From: Hyphochytrium catenoides
Lineage: Eukaryota > Protista > Hyphochytriomycota
Direction of reading: 5' to 3'
Length of the DNA stretch: 64,000 bases
Assembly: GCA_900088475.1 (NCBI GenBank)
Contig: FLMG01000505.1
Location: 21,337-85,336, forward strand
The notes under the pieces were generated by a model, which saw nothing but the letters and a program-made list of their open reading frames with translations, made no database searches and had not been told where the DNA came from. Below, piece by piece: positions 36,311 to 47,800 of the stretch (position 1 is its first letter; each line of letters opens with the position of its first letter). A program made the position numbers and the translations under genes.

Positions 36311-38510
36311 CTACCTCCTCCTGGACACTTGGTACCTTGATGACGGCACCCTGATAGGATGCCAAGCTTCTGTTCTTCAGGCTCTCAAGCTCATTACGGG
36401 TCTCTCCCCTTTGCTTGGTCTCTCTTTGAACCTTTCTAAGTGCGAGTTATGGTAGCCTTCCCGGACCTCTTCCCTGGAAGACCTTTCCCCCCGACGATTA
36501 GACGTGTCTTTCCGTCTGGAATGGAGCTCCCTGGGGCCCCTATTGGCTCCCCGGCTTTCGTTTCTTCCTTAGTGTCTTCTCTCTTTGCTCGCCTCCTTTC
36601 TATGGATTCTCTTCTCGATCAGGTTGAAGACCTCCAAGTTCGTTTCGCCATGTTTAGGGGCTACCTAAGCATGGACAAGATAAATCACCTTCCCCGCACT
36701 TGTCCCCCCGCTTTTCTGGCCTGTCGATGCCTGATTTTGACCTGAGGACTGAACAAGGTTTAGGTCGTCTTGTGGGGTGGGACCCCTCGGTTCCCTTTCC
36801 TGATTCTGCACTCTTCCCATCAAGCTTGGCGGCCTGGGTCTGCTTCCTGCGTCTGTTATTTCTCGTCCTGCTATTTTAACTTCTCTCGCGCTCTCCTATG
36901 AACTGGTGTTGGCTCTCTTAGGCCGGCCTTACCATCAACCTGCTAGTCCACCTGCGGCGGCTGTGCTCTCTTCGTGCCCTCTACGATGACATGGGGTTGC
37001 CGGAGCAGTCAGAGAAGCGCCATAACTTCCTTCAGCTTGCTGGTGTTACGGACGTACAGCATAAATTTGCTCCCGTCTCTGGAAACGCGCTCACCTCCGT
37101 CTTCTTTCTCTTCCTTCTCCTGCTTCTCGGGCTCGCCTTCGTTCTGTTTCTCTCCCTCATGCTGGGGCTTTCCTCACCGCTTCTTCCTGGGGGCGCTGCT
37201 GCATAAGGCTCAATCCTCTGTTTTATTTCGGGCTATGCTTCGACGTTTTCTTGGTCTTCCTCTTCTTCAGGCCCCTGTAGTATGCGGGAGTTGTCGAAGA
37301 GGTGATATGGATGTCTACGGCGACCATGTGATAGTCTGTCGCACAGGTGGCGGTGCCTCCCGCCGTCATAACGGGGTTCTCTCTCTTTTGTTCTCTGCAG
37401 TATCAGACGCCGGATACCGCTGCTCTCGGGAACCCCTCCACTTGCTCTCTCGCTCTCCCTTCTCCGCCCTGGTGACCTAGCTATCCCTGGGTATGGCAAC
37501 CGATTCCCAGCCACAGCCTTCGATATCCCTGTCACACACCCGCTGCAGCATAATACCCTTCGTTATGCAGCGGAACGGTCAGGATATCATATGGCCGTGG
37601 TTGAGGACCATAAGCGCCACATATTCCTAGCTGCTTGCAATGCCCACCTGATCGACTTCCTCCCTCTAGTCTGGGAGTCCTTTGGTGGGGGCTCGCTGCA
37701 ATTCGCAGCGCCTCTCATTCCTCCTCCAACATCTCTTTGCTTAGCGCACTGCCTATAGACATAGTGATGATAGACCAGCCACCAGTTAGCGGGGATATAC
37801 TTGTCGCTCCAGAGCAACGTCTTTGCCTGCACTGCAGCGGGCCTCTCTCCCAGAAGGATGGAAGCATGGAGTTCAAAGGCATTCTTAAGGCGATCGTTCT
37901 TGGCAGAGTAGAGATCAATGCCTTGATGCCAGAGAATCTCAGAGATACCCGCTGCCACCGTTGCAGCCTTTGTCAATACTTTTTGTGCTGCTCAGGCTGA
38001 TCATACCGTTGCTCGTGAGAGCGATGTACCCTTCTTTCGTCATCGCTTATTGAGACAGGTGTCTTTGGCATTGCATGAGGACGCCGCCCGTGTGATAGTT
38101 TCGAGATTGCCGCCTTCAGCGCCCTTCCTTGCGCCTTTCACGCTTCTACTCCCCTCTCTTCTTCTGCACTCTTTTCTGCTTCTTCTTCTTCTGTCGCTCC
38201 TGCCGCTGCTCCTGCTCCTGACAACGCCTCTCAGTTGTTGACCGCGAGCAGGATCAAGAATTTTCTCTCTCGCATTATTGGAGAGGAGGACGTTCTCCCC
38301 GTAGCCTCCTCGCTGGCCCCACAGTTGCTTTCTTCAGTCAATGCCCCGCCCTTGGGAGCCGAGTGAGGTCCTGTAGCTACTCTGCTCTTCTTTTTTCTTT
38401 CTGGCCTCATTTAGCTCTTTCTCCTTTCTCTTTTGTTACTTCGTACTTGCATCTCTTCATCTTCTTCACACACTCCTTATTACTGTACTCTTTCTGAATC
38501 ATAATAAAGG
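36311..38510 (+). mobile_element. Second decayed copy of the same CRE-like LINE, inverted, starting at the WYLDDG motif
   Basis: Begins ACCTCCTCCTGGACACTTGGTACCTTGATGACGGC (LLxTWYLDDG). Collinear with the reverse complement of ~33722-35757 (e.g. 'YDDMGLPEQSE', 'DVYGDH..VCRTGGGASRRHN', 'QVSLALHEDAARVIVSRLPPSAPFLA'). Ends near AATAAA ~38503. Confidence 0.92.
37700..37949 (-). pseudogene. Captured gene fragment resembling the C-terminal part of an Alginate_lyase-family (alpha/alpha-toroid polysaccharide lyase) protein, inserted antisense in the LINE
   Basis: Absent from the homologous position in the other LINE copy and flanked by CGCTGC direct repeats (37694-37699, 37950-37955). Reads 'GISEILWHQGIDLYSAKNDRLKNAFELHASILLG...WWLVYHHY', like the 'AE.AW.QG.DLY....RL..A.EFHA...LG...W...YNHY' block. 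Confidence 0.65.
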
Positions 38511-38977
38511 CGACATCAAAGTCAAAAAATCCGTATCATTGCATGTTATGACTATTAGATTATTAGGGATGAGATTAATGTATAATATCCTGGTTCATGA
38601 TGGCGCACGTTGAATCCGGGATACAAAAGCCAGAACCCATATTGTAATGGATCTTTTAGATTTTTACTGTTTCTGTCCTCTCCTCTCTTCTGTGACACTG
38701 TGGCGGAGTTGCATTGGAGTTTCTGGGTTCTCAATCAGTCACTGTTTGGCACTGTTCTTCTCTCCTGACAAGCAGACCTCAGCATTGAGCTGCTGACTCG
38801 CTGCCCCATAGAACTATCATTGATTTCTGTCGCCGAGTGAGTGTTACTCATCGCCCTCCTGAGGCGAGGACAAACCTACCTAGTTGCAGGAACCTTGCAT
38901 CCAAGCTCCCTCATAAGCCAGATTAGCAGCACTTCAGGAGTCTAGTGCAGGACCTTGCCACGGCTGCGGGAGTTATC

Positions 38978-40085
38978 ATGTCTTCATACAAGCGCCGAAG
39001 AAAAGACCAGCTTACAACAGAGCAGCGTGCGCTGGCTGCTAGTGTAGAGAGATTTAATGCCTCGATTGCTGAGGAAGGGGAGAGAATAGTACGAGAAGTG
39101 CTGCCAAGGAAGATCTTACAGCTCGATGTAATGGCAAAGGTATAGCTTAACGTCTGCTTTATTCACTCCTGGGAGGTAGTATGTGCGTGAAGTATTCGCT
39201 TGTTGACACTCTTGCCCAGGATACTGAAAAGTTCGATATGAAAGGATTGGATGAAGTTTTACAAAGTGCAAAGGTGGACTTGATACCACCACGGCTACAG
39301 GAGGACAAAGCCAATGGTATGAACTCTAATAAGGGTTCTGGAGAACCGCAAAATGGGGATATAGTTGTTCCTTGTAACAAGGTACATGACCACGGAAAAC
39401 TTTCCCTGGCCGGCATGCATTGACACTACCTACCTCTATACCAGCGTCTTATGGAGCTTATGAACATCCTGAAAGATGAAATCCTCTCCACGGTCCAAGT
39501 GATCGGTACCATCAAGACTTGGATCCAGCTAATGATTCCGCGAATAGAAGCTGGCAATAATTTTGGAGTTAGCGTTCAGGTTTGACCAGCATTCTACTGC
39601 GTACCACGAGTTTTTTTTTACGTCCCGTCCTTCTAGGAAGAATGTGTCAGCGAGGTCGGGCGAGCAGAGGATCTCAGTTTCGGCATATTAGAAGGGATGG
39701 CCAAGTACTACCAAGCTCGGGCGAAGCTTGTAGCCAAGGTGCGTTGCCTACACTGGTTAAACGCTGCCGCCGGAGTGTAAGAGCTAATCACGTCCTGGCA
39801 TATTAGTTCATGAAGCATCGAAACGTGATGGATTATCGCCGAAGCATCCTGGAGTGTGATGAAATGCAGTTTATTAATGTATGCCTTGGAGCCATAGATC
39901 TTAGGTGCGTTTGTTACCGTCCCTTTGATTTGCGTCCTGAATGAATACTCGAGCGTTGTTACTAACGGTCTTCTCTCATGCACGATAGGAATAATTATGT
40001 CATCATGTACGACCTTCTTATCAAGAACATAGATAGAATCAAGCAACCGAAGGGCAATGTCGACCATTCATCCATAATGCTCTAA
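38978..40085 (+). CDS. PSME3: Proteasome activator 11S/PA28 (REG-gamma/PSME3-like), multi-exon
   Basis: Spliced product contains 'LPRKILQL', 'VPCNKRL..L..ILKDEI', 'IKTWIQLMIPRIEAGNNFGVSVQEE', 'KYYQARAKLVAK', 'DYRRSILECDE', 'LRNNY...YDLLIKNIDRIKQPK', TAA at 40083-40085. Confidence 0.93.
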
Positions 40086-41228
40086 GAAAGTATTCGTTAC
40101 AATGTGGCATGTAAACAGATTCCGCTTTGATAGAGCTTGGAACGGCTGTGTCTTGGTCATGTTTATGGGCGCACAAATTGTGCAAGAAGGACGGTCTAGC
40201 TGTCCTTGCTGAGACGTGCCACGACTGGATAGAGCTTGTTCCCTGGTATAATACATTAAATTTACCTTGTCCTGCACAAACAAACTGCCCTTATGTTTCG
40301 GGCTTTAGTTCAGCTGGCCTGCCTTCTCTCTGGATGGTGTCATGTAGCCCATACTGAGGTGCAAGAAAGAACTAAGGATACCAAAGGTGCCTGAAAGAAG
40401 TAATAGAAAAGGAGGAAGCAGCAGGCGGCGCTGACAAGAGCAGAGAGCTATTCTGACAAAGAGCAATCAAAGGGAAGCTAGTGACCTTCTTTTACAGCTC
40501 CCACAGACGCCGACGATGTTGCCACGCAATCATCAACCACGGCGGTTCCAGAATCCAGGGCTAGAGATGGGATTGACGTGCACTGTCTGCTGCTTTATTT
40601 AGGCAAAAAGACCAAAGGTAGAAGACGCCTCGCGTGCGAACAATGGCTTGAGCATGGCCCAACTGGGCACAAAGGCACCCAGCCGATGGCAGCCAGAGTC
40701 TTGCTCGCCCCTGCGCCGAGTTCTCCGGCAACAGCACAGAAGAGTTCCATACTTCGTGCATCACCACCCGCGCCCACTGTTCTGTGAGCCTTGGAACGGG
40801 TTGTCGTACAATGTTCGTAGTACATGTGTGACGGTAAACAATGTGTACTCTGTACACTGTAGATGTACGGCATCAATGGCAAAGAGTTCGGAATTCACAC
40901 TCAAGGCACCAGAGTTATCCGGAATATGTCTGATCAGCAGCCGAGTTCCAGAACCACGTCTTACTAGGCCTCTTCCTGCGGAACTAATTACTGGCATAAC
41001 AGCCTTCTTTGGCTGGTGCTATTACTAACGGGTATCATTGAACTTCTCTTGGAATCTACGGTTCTGGCGGCAAGCGAAGCTAAGATGCCCATCGGTTGGG
41101 AGAGAAAATCTGCAGATCTAGATGAAGATCTGAAGACTCGTAGGGAAAGGGCCATAGTCTCAACAGGCGACGCATAACTGAGAGTTTTGGCCGGCAATAG
41201 AGCGGGCTGCTCGCCACATTATACAAAG

Positions 41229-43511
41229 ATGAGCTTCATGATGGTAGGAGGTGCTCGGGATGACCCCTCTTGGGTGTAATCAATACTAACCTGAATCTCA
41301 ATATCATGGGTGTATGTGTCTAGCAACCAACCGTCATCCTTCTTAAAGAAGGCACTGACACCAGTCAAGGGAAAGCCCAACTGATCAGCAACATCAATGC
41401 TTGTCAGGCTGTATCGGACGCTATTCGCACAACTCTGGGGCCTAGAGGCATGGACAAGCTAGTTTTCGATGGCCGAAAGGTAATTCTCTAAAGCGCATAC
41501 ATTATTTACCACCGAAAGGGAAGAGTAACAAATCTTCTGTGATTAGGTCACCATATCCAATGATGGCGCGACGATTATGAACCTTCTTGACATAGTGCAC
41601 CCCGCTGCGAAGACGTTGGTAGACATTTCATTATCTCAGGACGCTGAGGTGGGGCATCCTGTCTCTTGTATGGTCCTGACCTAGTATTTAAAGGCCCTGC
41701 CCAGGTCGGTGATGGTACCACATCGGTTGTCCTGCTGGGGGCGGAGCTGTTAAAACAAGCAAAGGGCTTTGTTGAGGATGGCGTACACCCACAAATTATA
41801 ATTAAGGTAGGGTGTCATAGTCGAAAGATCTCTCTTCCCCTGTGTGTGGGGATCCTTTTTCCAGCTAAGCACATACCGGTCAGGCCTTCCGGCGCGCCTC
41901 TATCTTAGCTGTTCAAAAGCTGAAGGAACTTAGTGTTGGAGTTGCAGATACGGATCCTACGGGCAAGCGTCAGATGCTTGAAAAATGTGCTGGGACTGCG
42001 CTGAACTCCAAATTGATTAGCAGAAACAAACCATTCTTCTGCCCAATGGTATGATTTACACTCCTCTACAACTGAACTTGTGATCTTTGATTACTTGATC
42101 GCTAACCATTCCCATTCCTGCAGGTGGTAGATGCCGTAAGCTCTCTTGACGAAGATTTAGACATCAGTATGATCGGTATCAAGAAAGTTCCTGGTGGCTC
42201 TGTCACGGACTCCTTTCTCGTGAATGGTGTCGCTTTCAAAAAGACTTTCTCCTACGCCGGCTTCGAACAACAGCCAAAGAGCTTTAAGGACCCGAAAATA
42301 CTGATGCTCAACGTGGAGTTAGAGCTGAAGTCTGAGAAGGAGAACGCTGAAATTCGTATTGATGATCCAGCTAAGTACCAATCCATTGTCGATGCAGAGT
42401 GGAGAATAATTTATGAAAAGCTGGAAAAGTGTGTGGAGGTAGGTTCCGTCGGCTGCTCTGTAGTCCATCCCATGTTATTGGCTAAAAGACAGATGACATA
42501 GACTGGCGCGAAGATTATTCTCTCTAAGCTGCCTATTGGTGACCTGGCGACCCAGTACTTTGCGGACAGAGGTCTCTTCTGTGCTGGCAGAGTGTCACAA
42601 GAAGACTTAGAGCGGACTGCGAAGGCTTGCGGAGGTGTTGTTCAAACTTCAGTTCACGACATGAAGCCTTCTGTTCTTGGGTCTTGCGGGTACTTTGAGG
42701 AGAAGCAAGTCGGAGACGAGCGGTATAACCTGTTCACTGATTGTCCACATGCGAGGAGTGCTACTATCGTCCTTCGAGGAGGCTCGGAACAATTCATTGA
42801 AGAGTCACAGCGCTCTGTACACGACGCCATTATGATCGTAAAGAGAGCATTGAAGTCGTCAAAGATCGTGGCAGGTGGCGGGGCAATTGAGATGGAGCTT
42901 TCCAGATATCTAAGGGAATATTCCAGAACCATAGAGGGGAAGACGCAACTTCTCATAAATGCATATGCAAAGGTAACACCACCCGTCTTCGAACTTCCTT
43001 GGCAGCATTGATTAAGTTAAAGTCCATGCACGTAGGCCTTGGAAGTTATCCCACGGCAGCTTTGTGAGAACGCAGGTTTTGATACTTCCGAGGTGATGAA
43101 TAAACTCCGCCAGAAGCACTACAAGGACCCAGAGGCTGGCAAATGGTACGGAGTGGACGTTAATAGTGGAGGCATCTGTGATACTTACGTGTCGAATGTA
43201 TGGGAGCCTGCAGACAACAAGGTACAATCTAATTATCTCGTCCTGGTAACCCCTCTTCCATTCGCACTGAGCAAATGATCTTTTTCTAGACGAACTCCTT
43301 AGCAGCAGCCACAGAGGCAGCTTGCTTGGTTCTCTCAGTGGACGAGACAGTCAGAAACCCTAAATCAGAAGTGCCAGATGCAACCGGCGGTGCCCCTGGC
43401 GGACAACCCATGAGCGCTGCAATGGGAGGACAGGGCATGAGGGGAATGGGGATGCGTGGTAACCAGCTAGCCAAGGGTGTTAAGATGTTCAAGGGCAAGG
43501 GCGGGAAGTAA
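41229..43511 (+). CDS. CCT7: T-complex protein 1 subunit eta (multi-exon)
   Basis: '[30 protein letters not shown]...[11 protein letters not shown]', 'GDGTTSV', '[18 protein letters not shown]', 'DAEWRII', '[14 protein letters not shown]', Gly/Met-rich tail. Confidence 0.97.
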
Positions 43512-44886
43512 AGCAACCGAGCCTTCTCAGAATAGTGATAGAGCTTTTATGCACTGGGCTAGCAGCTCAGTTTAAATAAGGTGTTCCTGCCATGCTATTC
43601 TTTCGACGTGCTTGCTGGTCTCTGTTCCGTCACGCGAGAGTCTGCTATCGCGAAGTCTCTCTGCCAGCCCTACCAGCTCTTTTGAGCCTACTGAGGCTTC
43701 TTATTAGTCGTGCCTGCTATAGAAAGAACGAATGGATAGGGTTACAAGCTCAAAAGCGGAGAAGAGTGAGAGGAGTTGAAAGTTGTCAAGCGACGGAAAC
43801 CCCAATAGCTCTCTAGCTGTTCTGTGGTACTTCTTCAGCGATTAAAGTGCACTGTGCAGAGGTCCGACTGCCTCTCTCTTTGCTAATGAAAGATTATACT
43901 TTTTTATAACTATTGGACTTTCGATCTATGGAGTCCTGGGCAGCTTCGTGGGGATCTGAGTCTGCCAAGGTGCGATACGAAGATCACTGGTAACCCGCGC
44001 CGAGGCGCTACCTCCTCCTTTGAATGCGACAAAACAGTGAGAGGACACAACAGGAACCGGTGACAGCAAGCGCTGCTGCTGGGATGGTAAGGTCTAGCAG
44101 TCAGTTGGCTGGGTACTTTGACCTTCTTCCTTCAGACGTTGGGAACTTTTTCTCCATCTTCGAGTATGAAGCTGCCGCTGATGAAGAAGAAAGCCAAGAT
44201 GCCCAAGATTCGCTGTTGAGAAGAGGAACCTCTTGATGGCGCTGTCATGAGTGTGTCATGTGTTAACCCTTCCTGATTACTACCAGTAAAATCCTCTTTG
44301 TGATTTGTGCCAGCAGCAGCTCTTCGTCTCATTATCGATCGGATCATTTTTCCGGCCTCTCTGACCTTCGTAGCTATGGCTTGGGTGCCCATGTCATCTT
44401 CAACGGATGATGGAAGATGCTGTTGGACCATCACGGAAGATGGGGCAACGCCGCAGCGCCCTGCTCACAACGGCATGATATGCCGGTAGTGTGCCTGCTT
44501 CGTGACAAGGCCGTCACTAGCTAATGACATCTGCGCATCTCTGAGCAAGCCTTCACCAGTGTTCAGACGCTCCCCAGAAAGTCAACTCTTGACATCGGAG
44601 ATGCCGAAGGACAGAGGATGCGCTGTGTGGTGAATGGCGTGAGATTACCGCTCCACCCTGGGGAGTGAGGAGAGATCATGTTATCGCCGGATCACCTAGT
44701 CAATTCAAACCCTCTCTTTCTGGAGTCTGAGATGCACCTTCTTTCCAACCTCACTCTGGCGCCGACGATAAGAGTCTTCAGGGACAACTGATGAGGTTGT
44801 CAAGAGTCCGCTTCTGGCAACCATGACAGCCTGGGTTGGAGAGGAACCCAGCGTGAAGTTCTCGTGATCCTGTCTTCGACAGAACC

Positions 44887-47800
44887 ATGGCTGAGAATGG
44901 CCAGCGGGAAGCCGGAGCTGTGAGTGGCGCACGGCCCCTCGTCACTACGGCTGAAGTTCCTATGCTGGCGAAGACTGGTGCGGAACGGCAGGTGCAGTTC
45001 AACCTTGCGGAAGACCTGCCAAGTGCCGGTCGGAGGAAAAGTACGTTGCGGCCTACCGGGATTCAAACCAGTCCACACGAAGAAGACGAAGTCAGCGACT
45101 ACCATGGAGGCTTCAATTTCAAGGCGCCCATTTCCTCTACGCATTCTGTCTTTTCCTTGACCGACGAACTGTCATCGGAATTACAAAGCCCTGCAGAGTT
45201 CTTTCCCACAAGTCGCTTTGCAGACAGAACGGCCAACGGAGGACTGTCTCGTTCCCGCTTCGCATTACGAAGCAGATTCTCCTCTATCACCGAGATCCCT
45301 GCAGGAAGTATCGCTCCTCAATCTGCTCGGCCAACTACGGGTTATGAGCGTTATAGAGGTAGGCGGTGTTGAGCTTCTGTCAATTTTGGGAATATTCTCA
45401 GTCCTGACCTACGGATAATAATATTGATTGCGCACATGAGCACCAATTCGGCTATCGAGGTGGATCTCATCGAGTGTATTTAGCTTTGCGTGTGCTCTGC
45501 TGGGCTCTTCTTTCTGCCAGCTTGAAGAAAAGTTATCAGCATTGCTGTCTAAGGGCTGGCCCGATCTAACCATGCTTTCTGAACCCTCTTTCTCACTCTA
45601 TTCCCTTCCGGTGCTAGGCTGGGTTGATGATGTCCCCGAAGAGGGCCTCAGTTCTGAGTCTCTTAACTTCGTAGCGCCCGACGCAGTTGTTCCTTTTGAC
45701 GAGATTGTCGACCCCTTCAGGTGCTTACCCTCCTTTACTTCTAATCACCATAGCTTAAAATACCAGGGCGTTGTCTTCTCTTCACCTTCCGCTCCATCAA
45801 CTCATCTCCGTTGGGGACATTTAGGTACACCATACAAGAATCTGTTTCTCAAACACAACCGAAGACCATTATACACTTGGCCGGAGATTGTGCCACCAAG
45901 TATGGGGAGGGACCCGCCTTTCTCCTTTCACACCGCTCGTCCTCTGTTGTAGCTCCGCTAGAGGATGTAGTCCATCAAGGCATGGTCTTTCATGGGCTTT
46001 CGTGGCAGGCTTATTATGACAAGGCTATCGAATTCGCTCTGACCTTAATAGTCATCGGCTTTGCACCCCGTCAGAGCGTTAACATGCTGGTGTCCGAGCA
46101 TTTGGTAGAACTATATATCGTTAACTTGGGCACAATACTTGCAGCTGGTAAGCCTTGAGGCCCGGGATCGGAGAGCTCTGTAGCGTGACAATTTTCCTGA
46201 AGTATTCGGCTTTTCTTCACTATCCAAAGTCCTTCTAGCCAGCATCTCTTGACAAAGCAGGCGCTCTAAGCATTGACGCGGTAGTCCCTGCTAATGACAA
46301 TACGTATCATGCTTCTTTGCTGATTAGGTGTATCGGTTATATTAGAACAGGGACGCTCTACCTCGGACTACGTCCAAGTAGCCAAAGACACCGGAGCCAG
46401 CATTCTTGTTGTTGATACTCCAAGTCATTTGGCCACGTGCATTGAGTGTATGGATCAGGTAAGCTAGCTGTCTCCGCAGCCATTTGGCTCTCTATCGAAT
46501 ATTGTGGAACAAACTCTTGCTAACCAGCTCCTTCCCTTCAGTATCCATTTCTTGATGTACGCTGTGTTGCTTTCACCATCGTCTATCAACGTCAAATTAA
46601 CTCCTGGGCTAAGTCATCTCACTCTGGCGTTTTCGGTTCAATGTTTCACCAAGGTGGACAGCATAAGCGCGATTATTCTTCTCAAGGGCACAGTGGAAGA
46701 GGCCAGGATTCCCCAGAGTGGTGACTTGCCTGTCTTTACCTTAGCCAACTTCCTTTTACTTGGCAAGGAGGTGGATCCGGGAGAGCTGTGGACCAGGAGC
46801 GCCTTTGTGCATCCGGATGATTGTGCAGTTATTACCTATGTCTTCCCTCTTGGAGGCAAGCCCTTTGGCATGCAGTTCAGCCATGACAACATTACCTTTA
46901 CGGGTATGCTCTAAGGGAGTTAGAACATTAGCATTCGAACAAATGTCTGTTCTTAGATGCCCCTGTGAAGGGCCATAGCGACCCTATTTGTATCCCATTA
47001 GAGTAAGGCTTATTGTTGGTTTCTCTCTCCATTGCTTTAGCATCAGTATTAGCCACTGTCATGGGTGATGTAAACGCCAGGGACAGGATGATTGGCTTTA
47101 TGCCTCTCCACGATATCCTTTGTCAGGTACGTGCCGCCGGAAGGAAATCTGTCTGGTCGGCCAGGAGTGTCTGCAGATGCCTGAACCATCTTTCTTCTCT
47201 GGCTTCCTCTAGATGATGGAGATCTACCTTCCTTTAAGCTGCGGAGTACCCCTCGCTCTTGCCCCAGGAGACCCTTTTCAAGGGACACTAGGGGCTACTA
47301 TTCTCTCTTTCAAGCCTACAATCTTCTTTGGCTCTCCCTCAGTTTATCATAAACTTCTCGGGAAACTGTTGGTGGTCGAAACACAGCTTGGAGCTCTGGA
47401 TAGGAATATGCTAGCGAGTAGGACGTTGCTCTATCACCCAACCTTGGCCACTCAGGCTCGTGACGATCTTCACACAGTTCCTACATCGATCTCTGCCCTT
47501 GTTTCTATTGATTGTCTGTTTGGATATAGACGCCGAGCCTTGCTCGTGTTTTCCTTGATCTTCACGTGGAACCAGTTGATTCATTTGCTAACGAGTTCAT
47601 GGTCTTATGAAGAGGCACGAAGATCCAGCCTTCGGATGGCGAAGGAGTCCCAATTCACCGCTATAGGGGATAATAAGGCAGGCAAGCATCCTATAGACAT
47701 AATTAGGAGCCGGATCCTTAGGAAAATGAAGAGATCGGTTGGGCTAGAGCACTGCAGAGTCGCATTTTCTGGTAAGAGTGATGTTTGCTTTTCCACGTGA

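Noticed and set aside
37587-37976. 129-aa minus-strand ORF as a stand-alone gene
   Set aside because: It is a chimera: both ends are antisense LINE sequence and only 37700-37949 is foreign.
40300-41200. Overlapping short ORFs between PSME3 and CCT7
   Set aside because: No recognisable motifs or consistent exon structure.
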